Of a DNA stretch of 64,000 nucleotides, positions 10,068 to 19,619 are shown piece by piece. The position numbers were made by a program, and so were the translations under genes. This DNA is from Candidatus Peregrinibacteria bacterium. GTDB lineage: Bacteria; Patescibacteriota; Gracilibacteria; CAIRYL01; GCA-016699755. Position 1 is the stretch's first letter, and every line of letters begins with the position of its first letter. Where the stretch lies: positions 1,320-65,319 of the forward strand of contig JANTGK010000002.1 of assembly GCA_024762935.1 (NCBI GenBank), written 5' to 3'. The notes under the pieces were generated by a model. The model had not been told where the DNA came from. It did no database searches and was given only the letters and a program-made list of their open reading frames with translations.

Positions 10068-11108
10068 CTATTTTTCTTCTACTGAATCAATAATATCCAT
10101 AATTTTCGAACGTCCGTTTTTTTCCTTTTTTAATCGTTTTTTTTTATACATTGATGGCGAGCCACCACTTGCAAGTGCTTTTTGTCTATTGTTAGATATG
10201 TATTCAACGACTTTGTGGGGGTTAGAGACATCAGTAAATGTACGATTCCCACTCGAAGCAGCTGTTTCGATTTGAATATCACCAAAACCAAAAAAGAAAT
10301 TAAGGATGCCGGTATTGTCCGGTCGAATATTGGTGATGGCTTCGTACACGATGTCGTTGATTCGTGTTCCGAGAAGTTGTCTGTTTTGTAAGATAACCCG
10401 ATGATTTGTAATGTAAATAACATCGTAGTGAAAATCGAGCCAAGCTTTTATAAAGAAGAGCACCGAAAAGATAAGAAACAGTACAGAAAATGCGATGGCA
10501 AGCGGTGCCCCTTTAAAAATAAGAAGAATAAAAAGGGCAAGTGATGTCGAGATGAGTGGTGGAATCAGGGCGATAAAAAAGACAATAGGATGTTTTTGGG
10601 CAACTTGTTCAATAACTTCATCATCCATAGAGTGAAAGGTTCCGTGTGATTTTTTGGCAATATTTACCGTAGAAGTTCGCTCAGAATAGTAAATTCTTCC
10701 GAGTTTTAAGATTTGAAGTATTAAGAGGAGGAGAAAATACTGTGCGTCTGTAATCATTCCAATAAGTTGTAAATAAAAAGGGATGATAACGGCAAGATCA
10801 ATAATTCCTAGCCAGCTGAAAATATACTTTATTGGCTTTTTTGATGACCAAATACGAAGGAGGTATTCGATGGAGAAAACAATAACGGCGATAACTTCGA
10901 AGAGAAGAAACCAAGGCTTTGCCCATTCGAGTTGAGGAATAAAATAGAGGGGGATGAGCGCAATAGAGAGAATAATAATAATCGCAATAAGGGTACTAAT
11001 GATACGACCCCATAAATGGATGGGTGTAAAAAGGGTTTCTCGGCATTTTTCACGAATATGTTCGATTTTCATTGACTCTATTTTTTCGGAATTGTCAGAG
11101 AATTGCAA
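10068..11108 (-). CDS. Voltage-sensor-like 4-TM domain fused to a membrane bacterial PH (bPH_2/YdbS-like) domain
   Basis: The N-terminal half aligns by eye with S1-S4 of Ion_trans channels (FSIEYLLRIW; IIDLAVIIPFYL) but has no pore helices. The C-terminal half has 2 TM helices plus YITNHRVILQNR...GDIQIETA, typical of bPH_2. Confidence 0.55.
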   Translation of the reverse strand: MQFSDNSEKIESMKIEHIREKCRETLFTPIHLWGRIISTLIAIIIILSIALIPLYFIPQLEWAKPWFLLFEVIAVIVFSIEYLLRIWSSKKPIKYIFSWLGIIDLAVIIPFYLQLIGMITDAQYFLLLLILQILKLGRIYYSERTSTVNIAKKSHGTFHSMDDEVIEQVAQKHPIVFFIALIPPLISTSLALFILLIFKGAPLAIAFSVLFLIFSVLFFIKAWLDFHYDVIYITNHRVILQNRQLLGTRINDIVYEAITNIRPDNTGILNFFFGFGDIQIETAASSGNRTFTDVSNPHKVVEYISNNRQKALASGGSPSMYKKKRLKKEKNGRSKIMDIIDSVEEK

Positions 11109-11128
11109 TTCTGAAATAATGGTTACAT

Positions 11129-11566
11129 ATGTTGCAAATTCAGAACAAAAAGGCTTTCTTTGATTATGAGATCCTCGAAAATTTCACGGCAGGAATATCA
11201 CTTCTTGGTGCAGAGGTGAAATCACTTCGATCTGGTCGTGGAAGCCTTGCTGGAGCATTTGTGTCTATTCGGAATGGAGAAGCATTCATAAAAAATTTTC
11301 ATATTCCGAAGTGGGAGTATTCACAACAAGATATTGACCCACTACGAGACAGAAAGCTCCTTCTTAAAAAACGAGAAATTCTTCGACTTCAAAAAAAACT
11401 TGATGAAAAAGGGCTCTCCGTTGTTCCTCTAAAGGTATTTTTTCATCATGGATATGCAAAAATGAATATTGCCCTTGGAAGAGGAAAGAAAAAATTTGAT
11501 AAGCGGGCAACAATAAAAAAGAGGGAAGAAGACCGCCGACTTGCTGGGAAGATAAAAAAATACTAA
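11129..11566 (+). CDS. smpB: SsrA-binding protein
   Basis: NKKAFFDYEI...G.EVKSLR...F.I.KWEY...DRKLLLKKREI motifs. Confidence 0.9.
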   Translation: MLQIQNKKAFFDYEILENFTAGISLLGAEVKSLRSGRGSLAGAFVSIRNGEAFIKNFHIPKWEYSQQDIDPLRDRKLLLKKREILRLQKKLDEKGLSVVPLKVFFHHGYAKMNIALGRGKKKFDKRATIKKREEDRRLAGKIKKY

Positions 11567-11594
11567 GGCTCTATAAAAAACAGAAAAGAAGTAT

Positions 11595-11624
11595 TTGACA
11601 ATACCCTAAATAATACCTTAAAAT
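11595..11624 (+). promoter_or_regulatory. Sigma70-like promoter for rpmA
   Basis: TTGACA (11595-11600), an 18-nt spacer, then TAAAAT (11619-11624), about 22 nt upstream of the rpmA ATG. Confidence 0.45.
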
Positions 11625-11646
11625 CTTTTGGCTATTTTCATTCCCT

Positions 11647-11919
11647 ATGGCACATAAGAAAGCTGGAGGATCTACCAGAAACGGACGAGATTCAAATGCA
11701 AAACGACTCGGTGTAAAACTTTATGGCGGACAAACAGTTCGTGCTGGAGGAATTATTGTACGACAACGAGGGGAGAAGATGATGCCTGGTACCAATGTTT
11801 CTTGTGGAAAAGATTTTACACTCTTTGCTACATCAGACGGAAAAGTAGAATTTTCTGAAACCGCTAAGAAGAAATACAACGGAAGAATATATAAAAAACG
11901 AGTAGTATCTGTTGTCTAG
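11647..11919 (+). CDS. rpmA: 50S ribosomal protein L27
   Basis: [25 protein letters not shown]-terminus is diagnostic. Confidence 0.95.
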   Translation: MAHKKAGGSTRNGRDSNAKRLGVKLYGGQTVRAGGIIVRQRGEKMMPGTNVSCGKDFTLFATSDGKVEFSETAKKKYNGRIYKKRVVSVV

Positions 11920-12562
11920 GTTTGTAGTGCAGAAGATTCCTATTTCTGAGATTTTTTCTTCTCTTCAAGGGGAAGGAGTTCGGTTGGGGATACCATCTGT
12001 TTTTATTCGATTTTGGGGGTGTAACCTTTCTTGTGAATTTTGTGATTCTGAATTTTCATGGAATGCAAAAAAGGGAAAACCACACCATACAACACAAGAC
12101 GAGGTGATAAAAAAAATAAAATCATTCGGAGTAAAAAACCTCATATTCACTGGAGGTGAGCCAATGCTCCATCAAAAGCATATTCGAGATATTTGCAGTG
12201 CCATCTCTCCTGATTTTGTAGAAGTGGAAACAAACGGAACTCAAATAAGCAGAATAGATGATATTGTAGACCAGTTTAACGTCTCACCAAAGTTTGATTT
12301 TTCAATGCCAGTCCTCCTTCAGCCGAATGAAAAAACATACTGGAAGTTCATTATTCGGGATAAGAAAGATTCTCTTCAGGCCATTAATTATTGCAATGAG
12401 CATATGATTGAGAAAGAAAATATTCTTTTTCAGCCTGAGGGGAAGACGCGTGAAGAAATTTTAGCTACTATGGATGTGGTTATGTCGGAGGCTATGAAAC
12501 ATAATGTCCGCATTTCTCCACGATTACATATTCTCCTGTGGAATGATAAAAGAGCGGTTTAA
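11912..12562 (+). CDS. queE: 7-carboxy-7-deazaguanine synthase (radical SAM)
   Basis: I.EIF.SLQGEG...[17 protein letters not shown] cluster motif. TTG start overlaps the rpmA stop. Confidence 0.8.
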   Translation: MSRFVVQKIPISEIFSSLQGEGVRLGIPSVFIRFWGCNLSCEFCDSEFSWNAKKGKPHHTTQDEVIKKIKSFGVKNLIFTGGEPMLHQKHIRDICSAISPDFVEVETNGTQISRIDDIVDQFNVSPKFDFSMPVLLQPNEKTYWKFIIRDKKDSLQAINYCNEHMIEKENILFQPEGKTREEILATMDVVMSEAMKHNVRISPRLHILLWNDKRAV

Positions 12563-13196
12563 AAATAATGGAAAGTTTTTTCTTCTGAGTGTTGCATTAC
12601 TGTGCCTGACTTGTGCCGGTTGTAGTACAAAAAATGAATTTTCAGAATGTACGAGTGGGCCCATTGTGGAGCTGAGAGCAGTAATCCCCGCTGGAACAGT
12701 AAACTTAAGTGAATCAGGAATATTTCAAAAAAGTGCTCATGAAAAAATAATCACTTCTTTTGGAGTATTTGTTGAGCCCAATACTGTTCTTACTGTTTCT
12801 CATGCTCTTCCTATTCGTTCGGAGATCAGTGGGTATGAACCCTTACAAAGAAATACAGAAAGTGAACTCTTAACCCTTTCGTCACAGAGGTGTGGGAGAC
12901 CCCTTCCTCTTTCTTTTCAGGATGTAGCACCAGGAGAGGTTCTTTATGATTGTGTGAAAAAGGTTCCCTTGGGGAATGTTACAAAAATAAAAACAACAGC
13001 GTTCTCAAAATCGAATGTATCACTGAAAACCTTATCACTTTCAAATCTTATTGAGGTCTCAGGGTCATTCAATCAGGGGGATTCCGGTCTTCCCTTTTGT
13101 ACTGCAAACGGAGATATTGCTGGAGTTTTGGTATCAGTAAATGATTCCTCTGGTTTTATCATTGCTTCTGAGCAAATACAAGAATTTTTGAATTGA
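12543..13196 (+). CDS. Putative lipoprotein with a trypsin-like (GDSG) fold
   Basis: Lipobox LTCAGC after a hydrophobic segment. TVSHAL and NQGDSGLPF motifs resemble the His and Ser regions of S1 peptidases. I prefer the ATG at 12543 over the 12504 start given in the track. Confidence 0.45.
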   Translation: MIKERFKNNGKFFLLSVALLCLTCAGCSTKNEFSECTSGPIVELRAVIPAGTVNLSESGIFQKSAHEKIITSFGVFVEPNTVLTVSHALPIRSEISGYEPLQRNTESELLTLSSQRCGRPLPLSFQDVAPGEVLYDCVKKVPLGNVTKIKTTAFSKSNVSLKTLSLSNLIEVSGSFNQGDSGLPFCTANGDIAGVLVSVNDSSGFIIASEQIQEFLN

Positions 13197-13249
13197 CATC
13201 TCAAACGAGAAAAGGAGAAAATGCCTTGGCATTTTTACATCATCAGTGT

Positions 13250-13335
13250 GCGCGAGTGGCGGAATGGTAGACGCGCTAGCTTGAGGGGCTAGTGGACTTC
13301 GGTCCGTGGAGGTTCAAGTCCTCTCTCGCGCACCA
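13250..13335 (+). tRNA. tRNA-Leu (anticodon GAG), CCA encoded
   Basis: Cloverleaf folded by hand. 7-bp acceptor stem GCGCGAG/CTCGCGC, anticodon stem CTAGC/GCTAG with loop TTGAGGG, a long variable arm GGAC-TTCG-GTCC, T-loop TTCAAGT, and 3' ACCA. Confidence 0.9.
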
Positions 13336-13428
13336 ATTACATATTCTTAAAGAAGGTCCCCTCAGATGTTGTACAAAGTATTTTTTGGTGAATACTTTTC
13401 TGGTCTCAAGAAAGAATAGATATTGGAT

Positions 13429-13458
13429 TTGACAAATAAGTAGCAAAAGGAATAGTAT
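13429..13458 (+). promoter_or_regulatory. Sigma70-like promoter preceding a ~240-nt leader of the 784-aa protease gene
   Basis: TTGACA (13429-13434), an 18-nt spacer, then TAGTAT (13453-13458). Confidence 0.4.
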
Positions 13459-13702
13459 TTTCTTCTTTTTACATATGTATGACTGAATCTGGAAGTCGAG
13501 GAAGAGAAATGAATCTTGATTTTCTCCAAGAAAGGAGGTCAAGAGATAGTGAATGGGGTGTGGGCGAGGCAGGAATACGAGGTTACGGATTTACTCCTTC
13601 TCATTTGTCAGGAAATATCAGAAATAAAATTACACCTCTTGTTTCAGAAGAAGTAATGATGGAGGCAGCAAGAGATCAGTATGATGATTAGATTTCTTCC
13701 TC

Positions 13703-16057
13703 TTGTCTTTCCTCTTTCTTTTGGGGGAATTCCTGTATGCTTTTTTTGTTTCTCTTTCTTTCCCTGTGAAAATTTTTTCTCGCATATTTCTTACGCTTCT
13801 GATGGGGTGTATTCCCCTTCAATCAAATGCACAAAAGACTGAAGGACTCGTTGATTCTATTTCTTCAAAAGAAATCATCTCCGAAACGGTAAAAGTTATT
13901 TCATTTAATCTTACAAATAATAATCATGTACTTGAGAAAAGTTTAGCTTCAGCGACAATTATTTCTCCTGGTGGGCTCCTCCTGACAAATAACCATGTCG
14001 TGACCGATGAAAACGATGAGCCATACGAAACTTTTGCGATTTGTGTTGTTGTTGATGAGAAAGAAAAACCAGAGTGTTTGTACACGGCCTCTCTGATTGC
14101 AAAAGATAAGAGTCTTGACATCGCTCTGTTACAAATAAATCCGACAGATATTTACAGCAATGACTCGCCGCAGTTCCCATATCTAGACTACGAACTAAAA
14201 ACTCTCCCTCCGGTTGAGGAGTCTATTACCCTTACTGGTTTCCCTGGAGTTGGAGGAGAGACTATGACAATTACAGAAGGACAAGTCAGTGGATATGATG
14301 AGAAGGAGGGGTTTAAACAAATAAAAACAGATGCTGTTATTAGCCCTGGGAACTCAGGGGGAACAGCAAAAGATTCGACAGGTCGATTTATTGGTGTGCC
14401 TTCTTATTTGCGTTCATATTTTGGAACGATTGGATATGTTGTACCCCTTACGGAAATCCTTCCATGGCTTCAAGGTGTCATTCAAGAGACACCTACTCTC
14501 AATGGGTTTGCCATAGAACTCCTCAATAAACATTTGCAGGCGTTGTACGAGACCGATCAGAATAAGAAATACGTTTCAACTATCTTTCCCTTCTATGAAA
14601 TCGAAGTGTTAGACCCTTGGAAAACGAAGTTTATAAATGACACAAACCTTCTTTTGGAAAATACCGTTCAGGGATACACCATACGAGTAAATTTTTCTGC
14701 AGATATTGGATCATACGAAAAAGATGATGACTACATGGATTTTTTATTGAAAAAGATTGAAAAGAATCAGCATGTTTTTACAAACTATCTTCGTGAGGAA
14801 GCATCTTTTGACGGAACAGAAGGGTTTCTCATATCTTATGATTCGGGAATGAGTAGAAATTTTTATTTTCTTGCTCCAATAGAAAACGTTCTCTTTTCAT
14901 ACAGTTACAGTATTTCACTTGAGAATCCAGAGGAGACTCAAAGTGCTGTAGAGACTCTTTTTGGTTCATTTCATTTTTTAAAAAAAGAAAATAATACAAC
15001 CAGAGGGGCTAAAAAATATGAACAATCTCACCCGAGTGTTCATTTGGAAACATTTGACCCTTTTTTCATTTCAACTCTTTATGATAGTCAGCTTGAGAGA
15101 GATATTGTTCACATTGAAAACCCAGACTCTTTTGAGCAAAAATTTGATATTCTTCGTGATTACCTTCCGAAAGACTACTGGGACCTGAACCGGGATGAAA
15201 TAATGGAAAAAGAGCTGAAGTACATTGGTTCACGACTATTAAATCAATATGATGATATTGTCATTGATGGTCTTGAGGGGTATGCCTACACCGTTAGCTA
15301 CAAGGGTGATGATTTTGAGCAGACTCGAAAAAAGACCGTTGTAAAAGTATTTCAAGACAAGAAACGATTCTTTGAGTTTGTTTATGATGATCTTCAAGAA
15401 GAATATGATAAGAATATCTCAGTCTTTCGAGAGACATTGGAGAATTTTCGTTTTGATGGGAGTGAGAATATTGCAACAAAAGGGGAATATGTGATTCCAC
15501 AGTTTTCATTAGTCTACAGAGATACGAAGTATCATTTGTATGAGAAGGAGATTAATGCATTGGCGAGTAAAGATATCTTACGGTTTAAGACGCATAATTT
15601 TTTTCCTGAGATTCGTATGGGGAGAAAAGATGCTCTCGAGGCCATTTTTGAAGGAAAAGAGTTTGTAGAAGAAGGTCGAAATCTTTTTGATACACGGGAT
15701 GGAATTGCAAATGCCTCAAAAGAACAAATTTTTATCGATACGAATGAGCCAGAATTTAATAAGATTCTTAATTATGCGGTAGAAAAAAACATTTTGACCA
15801 AAAAACCAATTTTTCGTGTAAAAGAAGGTATTACGCTTGCAGAGGCACTAACAATACTCTGCCGCGTGTATGAGCTTCCCGTTTGGAATCCACCATACAC
15901 AGAGCATTTTCAATGGTATGTTCCATACATGTATCGTGGACAACTTTTAGGAGTTATTCCAGAGGGGCTTGAGCATGATTCGGTAATGAAACGTGGTCAA
16001 TTTGCAGCACTTTTGTATGATTTTATTCGAATTGCTGGTGAACGGAGTGATCTGTAG
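13703..16057 (+). CDS. Secreted trypsin-like serine protease with a large unknown middle region and a C-terminal SLH-like segment
   Basis: LTNNHVV (His), LDIALLQI (Asp) and ISPGNSGG (Ser) form a Trypsin_2-like triad. The C-terminus carries ITLAEALTIL...KRGQFAALLYDF, which is SLH-like. TTG start, so the exact start is uncertain. Confidence 0.65.
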   Translation: MSFLFLLGEFLYAFFVSLSFPVKIFSRIFLTLLMGCIPLQSNAQKTEGLVDSISSKEIISETVKVISFNLTNNNHVLEKSLASATIISPGGLLLTNNHVVTDENDEPYETFAICVVVDEKEKPECLYTASLIAKDKSLDIALLQINPTDIYSNDSPQFPYLDYELKTLPPVEESITLTGFPGVGGETMTITEGQVSGYDEKEGFKQIKTDAVISPGNSGGTAKDSTGRFIGVPSYLRSYFGTIGYVVPLTEILPWLQGVIQETPTLNGFAIELLNKHLQALYETDQNKKYVSTIFPFYEIEVLDPWKTKFINDTNLLLENTVQGYTIRVNFSADIGSYEKDDDYMDFLLKKIEKNQHVFTNYLREEASFDGTEGFLISYDSGMSRNFYFLAPIENVLFSYSYSISLENPEETQSAVETLFGSFHFLKKENNTTRGAKKYEQSHPSVHLETFDPFFISTLYDSQLERDIVHIENPDSFEQKFDILRDYLPKDYWDLNRDEIMEKELKYIGSRLLNQYDDIVIDGLEGYAYTVSYKGDDFEQTRKKTVVKVFQDKKRFFEFVYDDLQEEYDKNISVFRETLENFRFDGSENIATKGEYVIPQFSLVYRDTKYHLYEKEINALASKDILRFKTHNFFPEIRMGRKDALEAIFEGKEFVEEGRNLFDTRDGIANASKEQIFIDTNEPEFNKILNYAVEKNILTKKPIFRVKEGITLAEALTILCRVYELPVWNPPYTEHFQWYVPYMYRGQLLGVIPEGLEHDSVMKRGQFAALLYDFIRIAGERSDL

Positions 16058-16141
16058 AGAACATTGTATTTGAAAATACAGAGAAGACTATTTCATATGA
16101 GTTTCTTTTGATATCCTTTTTTCTGTATTTCTTTTGTTTGT

Positions 16142-18157
16142 ATGTCTTCTTCTCAAATACTTTCTCTCTTGCAGAATCCGGGGATGATTAATTTAAAAAT
16201 TCTTTCAGAGAAATCTTCACTCGATGTCTACGAAGACACGCTAAACGAGCTTCTGGAGAAAGCAAAGTCTCAGTTTCAAATGATTTTAAAAACACCCGAA
16301 TCTGAGATTTCTTTTTCTTCTATTGTAGAAAAATATCTGAATCAAGATGAGGAGTTAAGTATTTTGTATGGATTTCTACATCATTTAAATGGAACATGTT
16401 CATCAGAAAAAACTCGCAGTATTGTTGAGAAATTTCAACCAAAAATGGTGGAGTATGGGAATATGGTGAATTTGAGTCCAGAATATTTTCTGCTGCTAAC
16501 AAAACTTGAGAAAAAAAAAGATTCTCTTACTCCTGAGCAGAAGCGGTCTCTTGATCTTCTTCTTCGAGACATGAGAATTGCCGGTGTGCACCTGAAGGGG
16601 AAAAAGAAACAGCGACTTGAGGGAGTGAACCAGAAACTGAGTGAACTCTCCCAGCGTTTTTCAAATAATATTCTCGATAGCAGAAAAAAATTTTCATATC
16701 ATTTTTCTTCTCAGGAGTCTCTGAAAGAAATGCCAGAATCAGATCTTCATGCTGCTGCTACTGAGGCAAAAGAGAGAAAGAAAACAGGATTTGTTTTTAC
16801 ATTAAGCCCTCCTTCGTATCAGGCAATTATGCAGTATTGTACTGATTCAGAGATTCGAAAAAGATTTTGGCAAGCAAATGTGCAAATCGCTACAAAGGGG
16901 AAGCTCGATAATCGCCCCCTTGTTCTCGAGATTTTGCAGCTGAGAAAAGAGAAAGCAAACCTTCTTGGATTTGACACATTTCCAGAATATGCTCTTCAGG
17001 ATCGCATGGCAAAAACACCAGATCAGGTACTAGCAGTTTTGTCTACATTTGCAAGTGCTGCCAAACAGAAGGCACAAAAAGAATATGAACACGTGTGCCA
17101 GTTTGCGCAGCAGTCGGAGCTGCATCATTGGGATATGGGATTCTATTCAGAAAAATTAAAAGAAAAAAAATTTCATATCGATAACAAAAAACTTCGTGAG
17201 TTTTTTCCGCTTGAGCAGGTTATTTCAGGGCTTTTCCAAACAGCAGAAATACTCTTTGGCCTCACGTTTACAAAGATTTCACCACCAACATACTCAAAAG
17301 ATGTGCTCTGCTATGAGGTGTACCGAGAGAAAAAACTCCTCTCTTATTTTATTTTTGATCTCTTTGCTCGCCCAGAAAAACGAGGAGGAGCATGGTGTAA
17401 TGACCTCCGTCATAGGAGAAAAGGGCAGGTGCCAATTGTCGTCAATGTTTCGAATTTTGCAAAAGGGGTTACTGGAAAACCGCCGCTTTTGACCCACTAT
17501 GACGTGCAAACAATGTTTCATGAGTTTGGACACGGGCTCCATGTGATGATGAGTGATAATACATATGTAAACACCGATGGTTTTCATACGGAGTGGGACT
17601 TTGTTGAGCTTCCATCACAGCTCTTTGAAAACTGGACATGGCAACAAGAGGGGCTTGAGCTTTTTGCAAAACACTTTGAAACAGGGGAGACAATCCCGAA
17701 TGAGACCATCAGCGCTCTCTCTCAGAGCCGGAAATTTCTAAAGGGACTCTTTCTCCTTCGACAAAACGAGTTTGGATTTTTGGACTTCCTCCTCCACTTA
17801 GAGAGTCCTCCTAAATCTGTCGAAGAACTCGATGCAAAAACACTTGCGATTGCCAATACGTATTCTGTTTTGAAAAAACCATCATATTACCGAATGTATG
17901 CGAGTTTCTCTCATATTTTTTCTGGTGGATATGCCGCTGGATACTACAGTTACCTCTGGGCAGAAATTCTCGAAGCTGATGTTTTTCGTCAGTTTTTAAA
18001 AGAAGGAATCCTCTCTCCAAAAATGGGGAAAGAATATGCAGAAAAAATACTCATGCAGGGGGCAAAAAAAGATGGAGCAGAGCTCTTTCAGGATTTTATG
18101 GGACGAGAGCCAAACTCAGATGCACTGCTTCTGAAACTCGGGTTAGATGAAGGGTAA
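16142..18157 (+). CDS. M3 family oligopeptidase (oligopeptidase A / Dcp-like)
   Basis: HEFGHGLH zinc motif with a downstream E, 671 aa, and a C-terminal YSYLWAEIL motif typical of M3. Confidence 0.8.
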   Translation: MSSSQILSLLQNPGMINLKILSEKSSLDVYEDTLNELLEKAKSQFQMILKTPESEISFSSIVEKYLNQDEELSILYGFLHHLNGTCSSEKTRSIVEKFQPKMVEYGNMVNLSPEYFLLLTKLEKKKDSLTPEQKRSLDLLLRDMRIAGVHLKGKKKQRLEGVNQKLSELSQRFSNNILDSRKKFSYHFSSQESLKEMPESDLHAAATEAKERKKTGFVFTLSPPSYQAIMQYCTDSEIRKRFWQANVQIATKGKLDNRPLVLEILQLRKEKANLLGFDTFPEYALQDRMAKTPDQVLAVLSTFASAAKQKAQKEYEHVCQFAQQSELHHWDMGFYSEKLKEKKFHIDNKKLREFFPLEQVISGLFQTAEILFGLTFTKISPPTYSKDVLCYEVYREKKLLSYFIFDLFARPEKRGGAWCNDLRHRRKGQVPIVVNVSNFAKGVTGKPPLLTHYDVQTMFHEFGHGLHVMMSDNTYVNTDGFHTEWDFVELPSQLFENWTWQQEGLELFAKHFETGETIPNETISALSQSRKFLKGLFLLRQNEFGFLDFLLHLESPPKSVEELDAKTLAIANTYSVLKKPSYYRMYASFSHIFSGGYAAGYYSYLWAEILEADVFRQFLKEGILSPKMGKEYAEKILMQGAKKDGAELFQDFMGREPNSDALLLKLGLDEG

Positions 18158-18273
18158 TTTTAGAATAAAAATGGATAAAATAGTTCGCAGAGAAAAGAAT
18201 CCGAATGCTAACGTTTAAAAAATATGATTTAAAAATTCTTTTAAAATTAAAAATTCATCATTTAAAATTACCT

Positions 18274-19515
18274 CTACATCACTCGTTCTGCTACAAATAT
18301 TTTTCGATTTTTATTCGTGTTTATGGGCCAACAGGTCATGAGTGTCGAGAGTTCTTTATTTGTTGGAGGACTCAGGACAGAGAAATCATTTGGTGAAATA
18401 ATTCGTTCTTCATCAATCTTGTACACAAAACGCTGCCCATTTCGGTAGATGACATACTCATCTCCTGACTTGAGCTCTCCCAGTTTGGCAAAAACATCTT
18501 TGTACTTTCCCGGGTCAGACTGGTAATACGAGCTGTGCCCACTAATGAAAACATTTCCAATCATGCCAGGGGTTGCGGTATTGGGGTAGTGAACGACTCC
18601 GTCCCTCAGAGCAGTGAGGACATCTTTCTCAAACCGACGCCAATTTTGGTTCCGAAATGAGTCATCGCCCGCCCCATAAATGATGGGAACCTGAATTCCA
18701 AGCTGCTCAATGACGAGGCAATCAGAGCATGGGGCTGGTTTTGGGGGTGAAATTTCATTGATAGATTTTGATGGTTTATCAGTTTTTTTCTCAAGAAGTC
18801 GATACAAAATTTCCATAAACTCTCCCCGAGTAATGGGGTCATCAAGACTCGAGATGCTTTTTGGAATAGCCCTTCTCTCTTCAAGTCCTCTGAGGGCTGG
18901 GTCAAACCATCTGTCTCCCTTTTTCTTTTCTTGTTCAATATCAAAGAGTTTTGCAAAAATTTTGGCAGCTTCAACTACTGAAACCCGTTGGTGTGGACGA
19001 AAAAACCCATCGGGATACCCTTTTATGATATCGAGTTGTTTGGCCACACATACTGCAGAACTAAACCAAGAGTGTTTTGGAACATCTGGAAAGAGCAGAA
19101 ACTCAAGATTTCGGTAACTGTATTTTTTTGTACATGTTGTGAGTTCTTCTGGGGTAAAAGCGGTATTGGCAATAATTTTTACCAATTCAGCCCTCGTGAC
19201 ATATCCGGAAGGATTGAACATGGTTTCATTATTAAAACCCTTTATGATTTTTTTCTGAAAACCATAGTCAATTGCTTCTCTGTTTGGATGATTTTTCGGT
19301 ACATCAAAAAATTGATGTTCGGAAGACGTTGATTGTATGAATATCTGCTCATTTCCTGCCACAGCATATTGGACGGTTTTCTCTATGTTGCTTTTTTGTC
19401 GATGCGCGATGAACGCAATACTACATACGATGATTATGGTCAGAATCAGGGAAAATGCCCGGAGAAGAAACAGATTCGCGGCATCTTGGACGAGTTGTTT
19501 TTTTGTTTTCATCAT
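18274..19515 (-). CDS. Sortase with an N-terminal TM helix and three SLH repeats
   Basis: The C-terminal domain has ISGHSS (His), TLMTC (Cys) and NRKIFVAERV (Arg). It is preceded by three SLH-like repeats (VTRAELVKII; GYPDGFFRPHQRVSVVEAAKIF; ITRGEFMEILYRL). Confidence 0.75.
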   Translation of the reverse strand: MMKTKKQLVQDAANLFLLRAFSLILTIIIVCSIAFIAHRQKSNIEKTVQYAVAGNEQIFIQSTSSEHQFFDVPKNHPNREAIDYGFQKKIIKGFNNETMFNPSGYVTRAELVKIIANTAFTPEELTTCTKKYSYRNLEFLLFPDVPKHSWFSSAVCVAKQLDIIKGYPDGFFRPHQRVSVVEAAKIFAKLFDIEQEKKKGDRWFDPALRGLEERRAIPKSISSLDDPITRGEFMEILYRLLEKKTDKPSKSINEISPPKPAPCSDCLVIEQLGIQVPIIYGAGDDSFRNQNWRRFEKDVLTALRDGVVHYPNTATPGMIGNVFISGHSSYYQSDPGKYKDVFAKLGELKSGDEYVIYRNGQRFVYKIDEERIISPNDFSVLSPPTNKELSTLMTCWPINTNKNRKIFVAERVM

Positions 19516-19619
19516 ACAATTTTACAATATTTAAATAAATATGTAAATAGCTCATGTTCTTCTTTACGAATCTGAAGATGGTATTGTTTTACTGACGGTA
19601 AAACACTTTTTCTTTGAAA

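Noticed and set aside
13276-13542. 88-aa minus-strand ORF.
   Set aside because: It overlaps the tRNA-Leu gene on the opposite strand, so it is spurious.
18192-18207. 16-nt exact repeat GAAAAGAATCCGAATG, also found at 26734-26749. Both copies lie just 3' of the two sortase genes.
   Set aside because: About one exact 16-mer coincidence is expected by chance among all position pairs in a 64-kb AT-rich window. The two copies have opposite orientation relative to their sortase genes, and the flanks do not align.
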